DNA of 64,000 nucleotides, taken from contig NIVC01001075.1 of the NCBI GenBank assembly GCA_002269645.1, positions 62,001-126,000 on the forward strand. The letters are read 5' to 3'. The DNA comes from Macrostomum lignano. Taxonomy: Eukaryota. The notes below the pieces were generated by a model, which did no database searches, was not told where the DNA came from, and worked only from the letters and a program-made list of their open reading frames with translations. The position numbers were made by a program, and so were the translations under genes. Below, one piece after another: positions 22,301 through 33,389 of this stretch. The number at the start of each line of letters is the position of its first letter. The stretch's first letter is position 1.

Positions 22301-25300
22301 TGGTGGGATAGTTGGGATAGAATGGGATTTGGTCATTGGTGGGATAGTTGGGATAGAATGGGATTTGGTCATTGGTGGGATAGTTGGGATAGAATGGGAT
22401 TTGGTCATTGGTGGGATAGTTGGGATAGAATGGGATTAGGTCATTGGTGGGATAGTTGGGATAGAATGGGATTTGGTCATTGGTGGGATAGTTGGGATAG
22501 AATGGGATTTGGTCATTGGTGGGATAGTTGGGATAGAATGGGATTTGGTCATTGGTGGGATAGTTGGGATAGAATGGGATTTGGTCATTGGTGAGAATTG
22601 GATTTGGTCATTGGTGAGATTAAATGGGAGTTGGTCATTGGTGAGATTAAATGGGATTTGGTCATTGGTGAGATTAAATGGGATTTGGTCATTGGTGAGA
22701 TTAAATGGGATTTGGTCATTGGTGAGATTAAATGGGATTTGGTCATTGGTGAGATTAAATGGGATTTGGTCATTGGTGAGATTAAATGGGATTTGGTCAT
22801 TAGTGAGATTAAATGGGATTTGGTCATTGGTGAGATTAAATGGGATTTGGTCATTGGTGAGATTAAATGGGATTTGGTCATTGGTGAGATTAAATGGGAG
22901 TTGTTCATTGGTGAGATTAAATTGGATTTGGTCATTGGTGAGATAAAATGGGAGTTGTTCATTGGTGAGATTAAATTGGATTTGGTCATTGGTGAGATAA
23001 AATGTGATTTTGTCATTGATGGGATAATTGGGATAAAATGGGATTTGCCATTTGTGCTAATGGGATGCAATGAGACTTAGGGATGAAATTGGATTATGTC
23101 ATTGTTGGGATATTAGAGAAATTTCCAGCAAAGATACTTCCCTTCATATTAAATGTGAACGTCAAATAAAAATTTGATGCGATTACTGAGAATTGCATGT
23201 AAAATTCCCATAGTTGAAGCCTAACGAGTGCTAAGATTGACGCAATTCTTCCCTTGTTTTTCTCCCGACAAAAAGCAGACGGATATTAAAAAGGAAGGCA
23301 ACGAAGTTTCTAAGGCTTCAACTCTGTTTTTATCACAAGAGGTTTTAGTCAGAGCGCCAGACTCACGACTGAAAGGTCGGGGTTCAATTCTTGACCTACT
23401 TGGAAAAAGAGGATGTGTCGATTCTTGACCTACTTGGAAAAAGAGGATGTGTCGGTTCTTGACCTACTTGGAAAAAGAGGATGTGTCGATTCTTGACCTA
23501 CTTGGAAAAAGAGGATGTGTCGGTTCTTGACCTACTTGGAAAAAGAGGATGTGTCGGTTCTTGACCTACTTGGAAAAAGAGGATGTGTCGGTTCTTGACC
23601 TACTTGGAAAAAGAGGATGTGTCGGTTCTTGACCTACTTGGAAAAAGAGGATGTGTCGGTTCTTGACCTACTTGGAAAAAGAGGATGTGTCGATTCTTGA
23701 CCTACTTGGAAAAAGAGGATGTGTCGGTTCTTGACCTACTTGGAAAAAGAGGATGTGTCGATTCTTGACCTACTTGGAAAAAGAGGATGTGTCAATTCTT
23801 GACCTACTTGGAAAAAGAGGATGTCGATTCTTGACCTACTTGGAAAAAGAGGATGTCGATTCTTGACCTACTTGGAAAAAGAGGATGCGTCGATTCTTGA
23901 CCTACTTGGAAAAAGAGGATGTGTCGGTTCTTGACCTACTTGGAAAAAGAGGATGTCGGTTCTTGACCTACTTGGAAAAAGAGGATGCGTCGATTCTTGA
24001 CCTACTTGGAAAAAGAGGATGTGTCGGTTCTTGACCTACTTGGAAAAAGAGGATGCGTCGATTCTTGACCTACTTGGAAAAAGAGGATGCGTCGGTTCTT
24101 GACCTACTTGGAAAAAGAGGATGCGTCGATTCTTGACCTACTTGGAAAAAGAGGATGTGTCGGTTCTTGACCTACTTGGAAAAAGAGGATGTGTCGATTC
24201 TTGACCTACTTGGAAAAAGAGGATGTCGGTTCTTGACCTACTTGGAAAAAGAGGATGTGTCGGTTCTTGACCTACTTGGAAAAAGAGGATGTGTCGATTC
24301 TTGACCTACTTGGAAAAAGAGGATGTGTCGGTTCTTGACCTACTTGGAAAAAGAGGATGTGTCGATTCTCGACCTACTTGGAAAAAGAGGATGTGTCGAT
24401 TCTTGACCTACTTGCAAAAAGAGGATGTGTCGATTCTTGACCTACTTGGAAAAAGAGGATGTGTCGGTTCTTGACCTACTTGGAAAAAGAGGATGTGTCG
24501 ATTCTTGACCTACTTGCAAAAAGAGGATGTGTCGATTCTTGACCTACTTGGAAAAAGAGGATGTGTCGGTTCTTGACCTACTTGGAAAAAGAGGATGTGT
24601 CGATTCTTGACCTACTTGGAAAAAGAGGATGTCGGTTCTTGACCTACTTGGAAAAAGAGGATGTGTCGGTTCTTGACCTACTTGGAAAAAGAGGATGTGT
24701 CGATTCTTGACCTACTTGGAAAAAGAGGATGTGTCGGTTTTTGACCTACTTGGAAAAAGAGGATGTGTCGATTCTTGACCTACTTGGAAAAAGAGGATGT
24801 GTCGATTCTTGACCTACTTGCAAAAAGAGGATGTGTCGGTTCTTGACCTACTTGGAAAAAAGAGGATGTGTCGATTCTTGACCTACTTGGAAAAAGAGGA
24901 TGTGTCGGTTCTTCACCTACTTGGAAAAAGAGGATGTGTCGATTCTTGACCTACTTGGAAAAAGAGGATGTGTCGGTTCTTGACCTACTTGCAAAAAGAG
25001 GATGTGTCGATTCTTGACCTACTTGGAAAAAGAGGATGTCGATTCTTGACCTACTTGGAAAAAGAGGATGTGTCAGTTCTTGACCTACTTGGAAAAAGAG
25101 GATGTGTCGGTTCTTGACCTACTTGGAAAAAGAGGATGTGTCGGTTCTTGACCTACTTGGAAAAAGAGGATGTGTCGGTTCTTGACCTACTTGGAAAAAG
25201 AGGATGTGTCGGTTCTTGACCTACTTGGAAAAAGAGGATGTGTCGGTTCTTGACCTACTTGGAAAAAGAGGATGTGTCGATTCTTGACCTACTTGGAAAA

Positions 25301-27069
25301 AGAGGATGCGTCGATTCTTGACCTACTTGGAAAAAGAGGATGTGTCGGTTCTTGACCTACTTGGAAAAAGAGGATGTGTCGGTTCTTGACGTACTTGGAA
25401 AAAGAGGATGTGTCGGTTCTTGATCTACTTGGAAAAAGAGGATGTGTCGGTTCTTGACCTACTTGGAAAAAGAGGATGTGTCGGTTCTTGACCTACTTGG
25501 AAAAAGAGGATGTGTCGATTCTTGACCTACTTGGAAAAAGAGGATGCGTCGATTCTTGACCTACTTGGAAAAAGAGGATGTGTCGGTTCTTGACCTACTT
25601 GGAAAAAGAGGATGTGTCGGTTCTTGACCTACTTGGAAAAAGAGGATGTGTCGGTTCTTGACCTACTTGGAAAAAGAGGATGTGTCGGTTCTTGACCTAC
25701 TTGGAAAAAGAGGATGTGTCGGTTCTTGACCTACTTGGAAAAAGAGGATGCGTCGATTCTTGACCTACTTGGAAAAAGAGGATGTGTCGGTTCTTGACCT
25801 ACTTGGAAAAAGAGGATGTGTCGGTTCTTGACCTATTTGGAAAAAGAGGATGTGTCGATTCTTGACCTACTTGGAAAAAGAGGATGTGTCGGTTCTTGAC
25901 CTACTTGGAAAAAGAGGATGTGTCGGTTCTTGACCTACTTGGAAAAAGAGGATGTGTCGGTTCTTGACCTACTTGGAAAAAGAGGATGCGTCGATTCTTG
26001 ACCTACTTGGAAAAAGAGGATGTGTCGGTTCTTGACCTATTTGGAAAAAGAGGATGTGTCGATTCTTGACCTACTTGGAAAAAGAGGATGTGTCGGTTCT
26101 TGACCTACTTGGAAAAAGAGGATGTGTCGGTTCTTGACCTACTTGGAAAAAGAGGATGTGTCGGTTCTTGACCTACTTGGAAAAAGAGGATGTGTCGGTT
26201 CTTGACCTATTTGGAAAAAGAGGATGCGTCGGTTCTTGACCTACTTGGAAAAAGAGGATGTGAACTTGAGAGTTCCAAATAGCTCCCGCTATGCCTAAAA
26301 CCGACCACTTTAGCATTTGGGGGTGTCTATGGGGAGAAATGGGATAACTGGAGATTTAATGTGCACAGAAACCTTCCTGAGTTTAATATTTTATTGCTTT
26401 TTTCAGGAGCCTCTAGTATGCAGCCATTTATGAAACATTGTACTAAAACTTAACGTAAGAGATAACATAATGGGGCCATAAAATAACATTACTATCGTTA
26501 CTATTTTCATACAAACATAAAAAGAGCGTTTATCAGGGTCATCTCGTCATTTAAGCATTTGAAGCTCCAAATGAAGACATTGGCGTGAAGAAATCGGGAC
26601 CCAATGCTTCGGGCTCCATTTTGACTCTTAAGTTCACATCGTCTTTGTGTCCTTCAGCAAGACACTTAACTCTGCATTGCTTCAGTTCACCCAGCTGTAT
26701 AAAATGGGTGCCAGCATTAGCTGGGGTAGTTAATGGTGACACAAGCAGTTGCTTATTCATTTGATTACTAACCGCGCCAAACTCTGCTTAGCCCTATTCT
26801 ACAAGAGACTCACAATCAGCATCAGAGTCCAACACGTGTTTCCTAGCCATTGACTGCAGCTCGTCTCGAGGCACCACAGCGTAGAATCGAGCCTCAAATG
26901 CCGTCTGGATTTCCGCCTGGGTGCTCAGCGGCAGCGGCTGCTGGCAGTCCTGCTGATTTTGGTCTAACGGGGCTACAGCCTGCCTACAGCAGTGGATGAT
27001 GGCGCTGACCCAAGCGCTTTTCACCTGGGCTAGCCGTTCAGAACAGACATTAGTGGCGCCATTCGACAT
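13391..27069 (-). CDS. SETDB1: Histone H3K9 methyltransferase SETDB1/eggless, 9 exons, ~1100 aa if repaired; this copy has a frameshift and an in-frame stop (pseudogenised allele or assembly error)
   Basis: Exons 26814-27069, 21900-22055, 21723-21810, 20640-21110, 19221-19871, 18146-18880, 17454-17849, 15929-16150, 13391-13717, all GT-AG. Phases are consistent except exon 5, which is 1 nt short. Domains: Tudor (RYLIFFDDGYCQY; EW|VYRGSTRL), MBD (YRAPCGRSLR), pre-SET (DISYGKE..CDCTDDC..CACQQL..YECNAKCRC), split SET (KGWGIRTLHDIPKGAFICIYAG / GNLGRYMNHSCEPN..ELCWDYSY), post-SET (CYCSTPSCRVRLL). Confidence 0.93.
13752..15862. repeat. ~55-bp minisatellite (~37 copies) filling SETDB1 intron 8
   Basis: Unit TCTACTTCTCACTCTCGGTAGATAAGGTGAGATCTAGATTGCAGTCTATCTACTA with variants. 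Confidence 0.95.
16250..17420. repeat. SETDB1 intron 7 arrays: 30-bp CATAGCAACGGGACAATAAATCTCAGGTAG, then degenerate ~26-bp GTCTCCATAGCAAC-containing units
   Basis: Tandem periodicity visible directly; the several repetitive ORFs here are artefacts. Confidence 0.93.
17905..18105. repeat. ~24-bp minisatellite GGCCCTATAAATAGCTAATTAATT in SETDB1 intron 6
   Basis: ~8 degenerate copies. Confidence 0.85.
18950..19205. repeat. ~29-bp degenerate minisatellite in SETDB1 intron 5
   Basis: GAGTGACAAGACAGACAGGAAAGGATCTGA-like units. Confidence 0.8.
19900..20630. repeat. 22-bp minisatellite GACAGTTGCTATGGGGAGTTGT (~33 copies) filling SETDB1 intron 4
   Basis: Tandem periodicity visible directly. Confidence 0.95.
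21170..21620. repeat. 23-bp minisatellite GGGATTTAGGGATCATTAATGTT in SETDB1 intron 3
   Basis: Tandem periodicity, degenerating at the edges. Confidence 0.9.
22140..23050. repeat. Adjacent 36-bp and 27-bp minisatellites sharing ATGGGATTTGGTCATTGGT, SETDB1 intron 1
   Basis: 36-bp unit at 22140-22585; 27-bp unit at 22585-23010. Confidence 0.93.
23387..26262. repeat. 34-bp minisatellite, ~85 copies, SETDB1 intron 1
   Basis: Unit TTCTTGACCTACTTGGAAAAAGAGGATGTGTCG(G/A); begins within a tRNA-like SINE head at 23345-23391. Confidence 0.97.
26640..26765 (+). mobile_element. 5'-truncated copy of the tRNA-derived, CORE-like SINE
   Basis: GTGTCCTTCAGCAAGACACTTAACTC...GCTTCAGTTCACCCAGCTGTATAAAATGGGTGCCAGCATTAGCTGGGGTA matches the copy at 27526-27835. 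Confidence 0.75.
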
Positions 27070-27525
27070 GCTGGCGACAATGGGGCTGAGAAATAGAGCT
27101 GATACTGGAAGTCCACGGCGGACTGCTGCAAAAAAGTGTTTTTGCAGTTTTTATGTTTTCTTTTGCAAATTGAAAATCTGCTTCAGCTGGACTTCATATG
27201 TGAAGCCCCTGTTGTTTCATTAGATTCAAAAAGGCAAAAATTGTCACGAATTCTCTCTTCTGCATACAGAATCTAAGTTGGATACTTGGTTAACAAAAAA
27301 CATTTCTTGGCCCTGACTTTCTCATTGTACACACTTTATGCCTTGGGATTTGATCATCTTAGAAGTGAGAAGGTACTGACTAATCTTTAGACCTTATTAA
27401 CCCAGTACTTACTCACTTACGTACTTACTCTATGAGGTCCCTGAGCTAAGTATACGCGCGGTCGTAGAGATGCTTGATAATTGGAGTTTTAAAAGCTAAC
27501 ACTATATGTTGATCCTGACATTATC

Positions 27526-27835
27526 AACATAGCTTAGTGGTTAGACCGTCGAACTCACGACTTGAAGGTCAGGGGTTTGATTCTCGATCCCGCTGGAACA
27601 ATTTGTGTCCTAGAGCAATACACTTAACTCTATTGTACATTGCTTCAGTTCACCCAGCTGTAAAATGGGTGCCAGCATTAGCTGGGGTAATTGAGGGACT
27701 GAGGGTGTGGCAACCTCATACCCCAGTCCTTGGACTGAACAGCCGTACGCAGCCTTCAGATGCGCCGGGCAGTAGATGTCGGCTGCACAACTGGCCCAAT
27801 TGGGGCAGGTGTAATCAATTATATCATTATTATTA
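27526..27835 (+). mobile_element. Near full-length tRNA-derived SINE with a CORE-like central domain and (ATT)n tail
   Basis: A-box TAGCTTAGTGG, B-box-like GGTTTGATTC, MIR/CORE-like GTGTCCTAGAGCAATACACTTAAC...CTGTAAAATGGG, tail ATTATTATTA. Confidence 0.8.
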
Positions 27836-29814
27836 AGCAGAATAAATCACGGTTACAAATACGGACCCTTTCAGTTCTGTTTCTGTCAACCGTGTGCTTT
27901 CAGTTTAGCAAGCGTTCGTCTCACCCCCTTTTTCCAGTCCTCTCCGCTCTTCCTGCGTTTCCACGAGCTTCTGATTAAGTTCCCGCTTGAACCTCTGACA
28001 TATCAGAGTCTGCTCAGAAGCTAACACCACCCTCTAACCTCCCCGTTGGATCTGCTGACTCGGTCGTTTTTTTGTTGCTTCTGACTGAAGCCTGAAGGAA
28101 CTACAACCTAAGATTTTAGATTGGAGCCACCTCACCTACCGGACGTTAAGTTAGCCGGCGTACGAGAAGTACAGTAATAAAAATAATGTTGATGGCAAGA
28201 CAGGTTCGCAAAACTTCGGATCATCTAAGCCAGTTAATCCCTTTACGCCCCAGCACACATACAACCCAAGCTACGGCTGTTACACAGCTTGCAGAGCATT
28301 AAAGAAACCATCAAATCGACATATCGGGAATCATAATTGAGCGCGTAAAACTGGAAGTTCGTCGATTCTTTTTTTCTAATTCTTTGGAATTCGAAGCACA
28401 GCAGATTAACGCTAAACTGTGCTGGCCCAGTCAACTAGGCACTTTGCGTAACACTGTACTACGATAAGAAATTCGAGGCCCACAAACACTCCTGTGCGTA
28501 GGTTTATGCTCGGGATTCGGCAAAATGACCATTCTTAATTGCCTCCTCGATGGCTGCGCGCCGACAGTCGCCTTGATTTGCCGCAGTTCTCAAACCACCA
28601 CTCCATGACTAATAAGGTCTATTATGCGATACGTCGTAGAATATATTAAAGTAAAAGTCCAAATGGAATGAAATACCGGGTGAATGAAGCTGATTTACGA
28701 TCTGATTCTACAATCGTTTCTTTCGCGACATATAAGCTCGTAAGCAATCTCAGTCAAGCATCAATAGGTCAGATTCCTCAACTGCTAGTTAGCTTCATCA
28801 TTTATCTAGCAACCGGAAATGACGCACTGTCTCCCTTCCATACGATAATGACAAGTAGAAAGTATGCAGAAAAATATTACGGTTCTCAGTCACGAAAATC
28901 TCCAATATTCACAAGAAAGCCCATTCCAGATTTTGCAATCAGGCACGCTCTTAGCTGTGCGCAAGAGCTCTCTGATAGAGTAATAATTCTACGCAAAGCC
29001 TTGTAAGTCCAGCAATTAACAGATTGACATCTCTTTCACTGCAGAGTCAGATCTGGCCGAACACAAGATAACTAGATGTGGTTGCACTCAACTACAAATA
29101 GATAAGCCTTCAAAGTGCGAGTCTGCACCAGACTCTACTACATCGTCTAGCTGTACCCACAGTCAACAGCTAATATAAATCACAATTGCAAAATTTATTA
29201 ATTAGCAATAAAAGCTTAACTAAATAGAGGGAGCTGAAAAAATGCTGAATAACAAAATTCTAGATAGCCAAGTGCACGTGATCAGCCCATTCTTTATTAG
29301 CTCGTACTAAGCGGACCTAACTAAAAATAGCATTTGAATAGAAAGGACCTTCCTTTTTCACGGTCAGCTTTTTGGATGAGTTCAGCAGGTGCAAGCACGA
29401 AGATGCTTGGACATAGAGAAAAGAGACAGTCTTATTCTAAAAATTCTTAGTCTAACTTCTACTTTTTCAAGTCGACAGAATAGGAAAAAATGTCAAACAT
29501 CAAAAGACAGACGACGCCGAACGACTGTACTTGCGAGATAAAGATGAAGGAGAAAGATTTCCTGCTATCAATGGGGCTTCTGATCTGAGGGCTCACCGAC
29601 CGGACAGGCCTAGCTATATGCGGATGGTAAAATGGAAAATAGAATGACAGAAGAAGGATGTGAGAGAAAAGCCAGGGGGGAAGACCTATAAGCGACCAGA
29701 CGCCAGATTCCAATAGGGATTACTGGGCGCCAAGCTAAGCTGGCAGGGGGTGCGGGCGATATGAGGAGATGGGAAAGGACTGGGGCGAAACCCGGTCAGC
29801 CAATAGACGTGTGT

Positions 29815-29845
29815 GGGAGACCAGTAAGCCCAAGAGTATAAAATA
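29815..29845 (+). promoter_or_regulatory. Candidate TATA box (TATAAAA near 29838), with a CCAAT near 29800, upstream of the GPCR
   Basis: GCCAATAG and GAGTATAAAATA lie ~120-160 nt upstream of the ATG; motif match only. Confidence 0.35.
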
Positions 29846-29957
29846 TGCAACATAAGCGGCTGCTATCGCGAAATCAAACACTAAAATGTGATTGGAAAAA
29901 GTCCAATATCAAGAACTAGGAATTCTAGACTTGACTACATATTTTTATTCAACAGAA

Positions 29958-31487
29958 ATGAACAACGATAGTAATAATAATAGCCAATGGACAAGGCCTC
30001 GGGACATGATAGTGGACACGGCCGCGTTAACGGGCATCGCACTAATCGGCGTATTCGGCAACGCATTAATCATCATGTGCGTCATCGTTCACAAGAAGCT
30101 AAAGAATGTCACATCGCTATTCGTAGCCAATTTGGCCGGAGCGGACCTGTTATTAGCTGGCTTAGTAACGCCCGGCTCAATGCGCCTGCTGTGGCGTCAG
30201 CGCGGCCTGCCATTTAGCCCGCTGTGCCAGCTATTCGGCGCGGCGCTCTACTTCAGCTGCGCCGCTGTGGTAAATTTTAGCGCACTGATAGTGCTAACTC
30301 GCTATATAGTAATCTGCAAGCCGCACCTCGTTGTTGGCCTATTTAGGCACAAACGAGCCGCTTGCTGGTGCATCGCATTATGGAGCTACACTGTACTGCA
30401 GGTAGTAGCGCCTTCGGCTGGTCAGTTATTCCAGTACGCCTACAATCCGGCTATCGAGGTGTGCCATTTGAACTATACGAAACACCCGGTGGCAATAGCC
30501 ATATACATCAACTGTTTCTGCTTTCTGCCCTGTTTGACTGCCTGCATTGTTTGCTACGCGCTAATATTCTACGCTTTGCGTCGGAACAGGCGAAAGCTGA
30601 CTAGGCACATGTCGTCAACAATGAGCGCAAAATTTCTTGCCAAGAAGTTGACTAGAGAGCGTCGAGCAACTCTGCCACTTTTTGTATCGTTATTGTCATT
30701 CTTTGTACACTGGCTACCCGTGATGATCATGTTTGGTTTGGATCCAAACTTTGAAAAATACAATCCGCAGATCTACCGCTATTTAGGCGTGTTTAGCATA
30801 GCCAGCGCCTGCGACAATTGGATAATCTACGGCCTGTTGAATAAGAACTTTGCCAACGGCTATAAATCTGTATTAAGCTACTGCTGCTGCTGTCAGTCTA
30901 GCAACGATGGCGGCCCAACAGCGCCGCAAGAGTCGATCAAAATGCGCCGAGCACCTGGTAGAGGCGGCGGACGTCGGCAGTCTAGTAGCGGACGGGTGCA
31001 CTGTCAGCACCTGTCGGCTGGCAGTTTGCTGCGCAACAGTCAGCGATTGCAGCAGCATCGCTACAGGCAGAGCAACATTGCTACCGTAGCTGTGGCAAAC
31101 GCCGCTCCGCTAGTAAGCGAATTAGAAGACTACAGCGACTTGGAGAGCTGGAACAGCGGCGGCAGGCGGTTTCCAGTTCAACTGCTGGAAGCCTGCCACG
31201 CCTGTAACCGAGAAGACAACTATGGAAATCAAGTGTCAATTAATGAGAACATGGCGAATCACGATTACAAGGACGACGAGGACGACTACGAAAGCGAAAC
31301 GGACGATATTGATCGGATCAATGAGAAGTGCTGCGGCGCAAGGCACCGAGCTGAGGCTCTGCAGCAGCAGCAGCAACAAAGACCATCATCTGGCGACCAG
31401 ACGAATACACCAACGCGTCAATCGCTTGTTGTTGTCCTGGCGGTGCGAGACGGCTGCGAGAATGACGGGAAAATTGCCCAGCTGTGA
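29958..31487 (+). CDS. Intronless class A (rhodopsin-like) GPCR, melatonin/Tre1/Moody-like orphan, 509 aa
   Basis: ATG follows the acceptor-like TTTTATTCAACAG. Seven hydrophobic segments; GN in TM1, NLAGADL in TM2, TRY, CY, HWLP, NWIIY; long C-terminal tail. Confidence 0.9.
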   Translation: MNNDSNNNSQWTRPRDMIVDTAALTGIALIGVFGNALIIMCVIVHKKLKNVTSLFVANLAGADLLLAGLVTPGSMRLLWRQRGLPFSPLCQLFGAALYFSCAAVVNFSALIVLTRYIVICKPHLVVGLFRHKRAACWCIALWSYTVLQVVAPSAGQLFQYAYNPAIEVCHLNYTKHPVAIAIYINCFCFLPCLTACIVCYALIFYALRRNRRKLTRHMSSTMSAKFLAKKLTRERRATLPLFVSLLSFFVHWLPVMIMFGLDPNFEKYNPQIYRYLGVFSIASACDNWIIYGLLNKNFANGYKSVLSYCCCCQSSNDGGPTAPQESIKMRRAPGRGGGRRQSSSGRVHCQHLSAGSLLRNSQRLQQHRYRQSNIATVAVANAAPLVSELEDYSDLESWNSGGRRFPVQLLEACHACNREDNYGNQVSINENMANHDYKDDEDDYESETDDIDRINEKCCGARHRAEALQQQQQQRPSSGDQTNTPTRQSLVVVLAVRDGCENDGKIAQL

Positions 31488-33389
31488 CGCTTTTTACCAT
31501 TCCATTCATATATAGCTTCTTAAGTCGATGATTAATCTTTCTCCTCGATTGAAAAGGCTTCTGTCCCCATCAATATCAAAACATGAAAAGCAATAAGTAA
31601 ACGCGCGTTGCCGATTCCATTTTTATGCTTAAGCCAACAGGCTTAACAGGCGACCCATTCCTCCAGTCTAGACCGATTCCACTCGTCTTCACCAGCTAAG
31701 AACTATGCTGCTGGTCCTGCAGTGCGGCACTTTGCACCGTTACCTCGGAATGCGTGCAGACAGTGGCGGTCAGAACACTTTAAAAAGGACAGGACAGACC
31801 GGGAACGGCGGTTCTAGGCAAAGAAGATCGGTTCAAGAAAGCCAGCGAGCCAGCCAGACTGAGATTCGAGCCTACACACTGAAAGGGACCGCGAGGAACA
31901 GGCGCTACGCTGCAGCGTTCAGCTTCATCAACCCCTCTTTCTTTCTCGCTGCCCCCTCACGCCTGTCTCCTACAGATACGGCGTCATTCGAACCCAAGCC
32001 TCAGAACACAGTTCCCCTCCTAGAAGCAGATACAGAACGCCCTAATCAATTCAGCGAAATGTGTTATCCTCCCACTCTACCGCGAGTGCCCAATTTTAGC
32101 TTAACTGAACTGGACCTACCTGTGAGTCAAGCAGTTATGCACCTTCGGCTACAATAAGATTGTAAAACCTTTACCAAATTTTGTTTCTCTTCTGCACTCC
32201 GATTTGCAATATTGATTTCTTTATATTGCTTTACAATCATTTGTCATAATGAAATATATGAAATTTACCTCAGTGCACTCAGTCAATATTACAAAGCAAT
32301 CATACCATACAGCTTTTTTTAAATGTCAATTACCTGTAAATACTAGAAGAAAGGATTAATGGGAATAGAATAAAGCATGACAGTTGGCATACTACAATAA
32401 AAACATGCACACTTTCATACTTACTATTAGAATTTAAACATAACATAAATAGCCAGGCCCAACATTCTAAGAACTATTTATCTCAACAATGCTACTAAAA
32501 GTAGCAATAGAAGCTAGTAAGACATACTTTTGCTTAAATATGAATGCAATTTAGACATAAGAAAGCAGTAAGATGCAGTGTCATATTGAAAGTAAGTATA
32601 TTAAACTTGCCTTTTCAAATTACTAAGATCTTTTAATAATAAGATAATGCAAAGTAGCAACAATGTTTCTGCTAGTTGCAGTATATAGACAAAATGACAA
32701 TAAAGTTATTGTAAGGTAAATGACAAACCATATTAGATTGAAAGGCATTAGCAACATTGGTGACACTATCAGCAGCAAGTCAATGATGTTTAAACACTTG
32801 CATATAACCAATAGCATGAACATAAAATACAAGGTACACCTCATTAAAGGTCTGCATTGCTATTTTGCTAGATATTTCTTATATCTTATATATAGGAACT
32901 ATATTAGACATAGGAACTAGATATAGGCTTAAGATGCCTATTGGCAATTTTCCTTTTTTGTTTGTTAAGTTATTTTTTTCATTTGAAATGAAATACTTGC
33001 AAAATAAAATATTGGAAAATGATAAAAGTAAGTCTTTAAATTATAACTGTGTATTTTCAAACTATGCATGGGGCTCAAAGGGGGTGATAACAGTAAATAG
33101 CTTCTATACCTATGGCTTTTAACTGTTTTAAGTCAATTCAGTTGAGATTTTTAATTGTATTAAAGTTAAGTATTCTAACATGCAACTACTTAATGACTAG
33201 TCACCTAGCAACACTAGCTATGTAACCTTCATTTTACTACTAGGTTGCATTAGATAACAGGGAACAAAATTATTTCATGTTGTTAATTATCTAACAAAAC
33301 CAAATCAATAATTCAGACACCTCAGGTGTTTAGAATTTTGTACTCTTTTCATTGAAGTATATATTTTTTCATTGCCAATCATATGTATT

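Noticed and set aside
23387-26262. CRISPR-like regularity of 34-bp repeats
   Set aside because: Head-to-tail tandem units with no unique spacers and no cas genes; eukaryotic intron.
26390-26460. Plus-strand acceptor TTTTTTCAG followed by ATG
   Set aside because: Very short frame with no supporting exons, antisense within a SETDB1 intron.
27526-27600. tRNA gene
   Set aside because: A and B boxes present, but no complete cloverleaf; it continues into a SINE body and tail.
31700-32154. Possible solo LTR or 150-aa ORF after the GPCR
   Set aside because: Ends in GCTACA but no matching TG start with a TSD; the ORF has no recognisable features.
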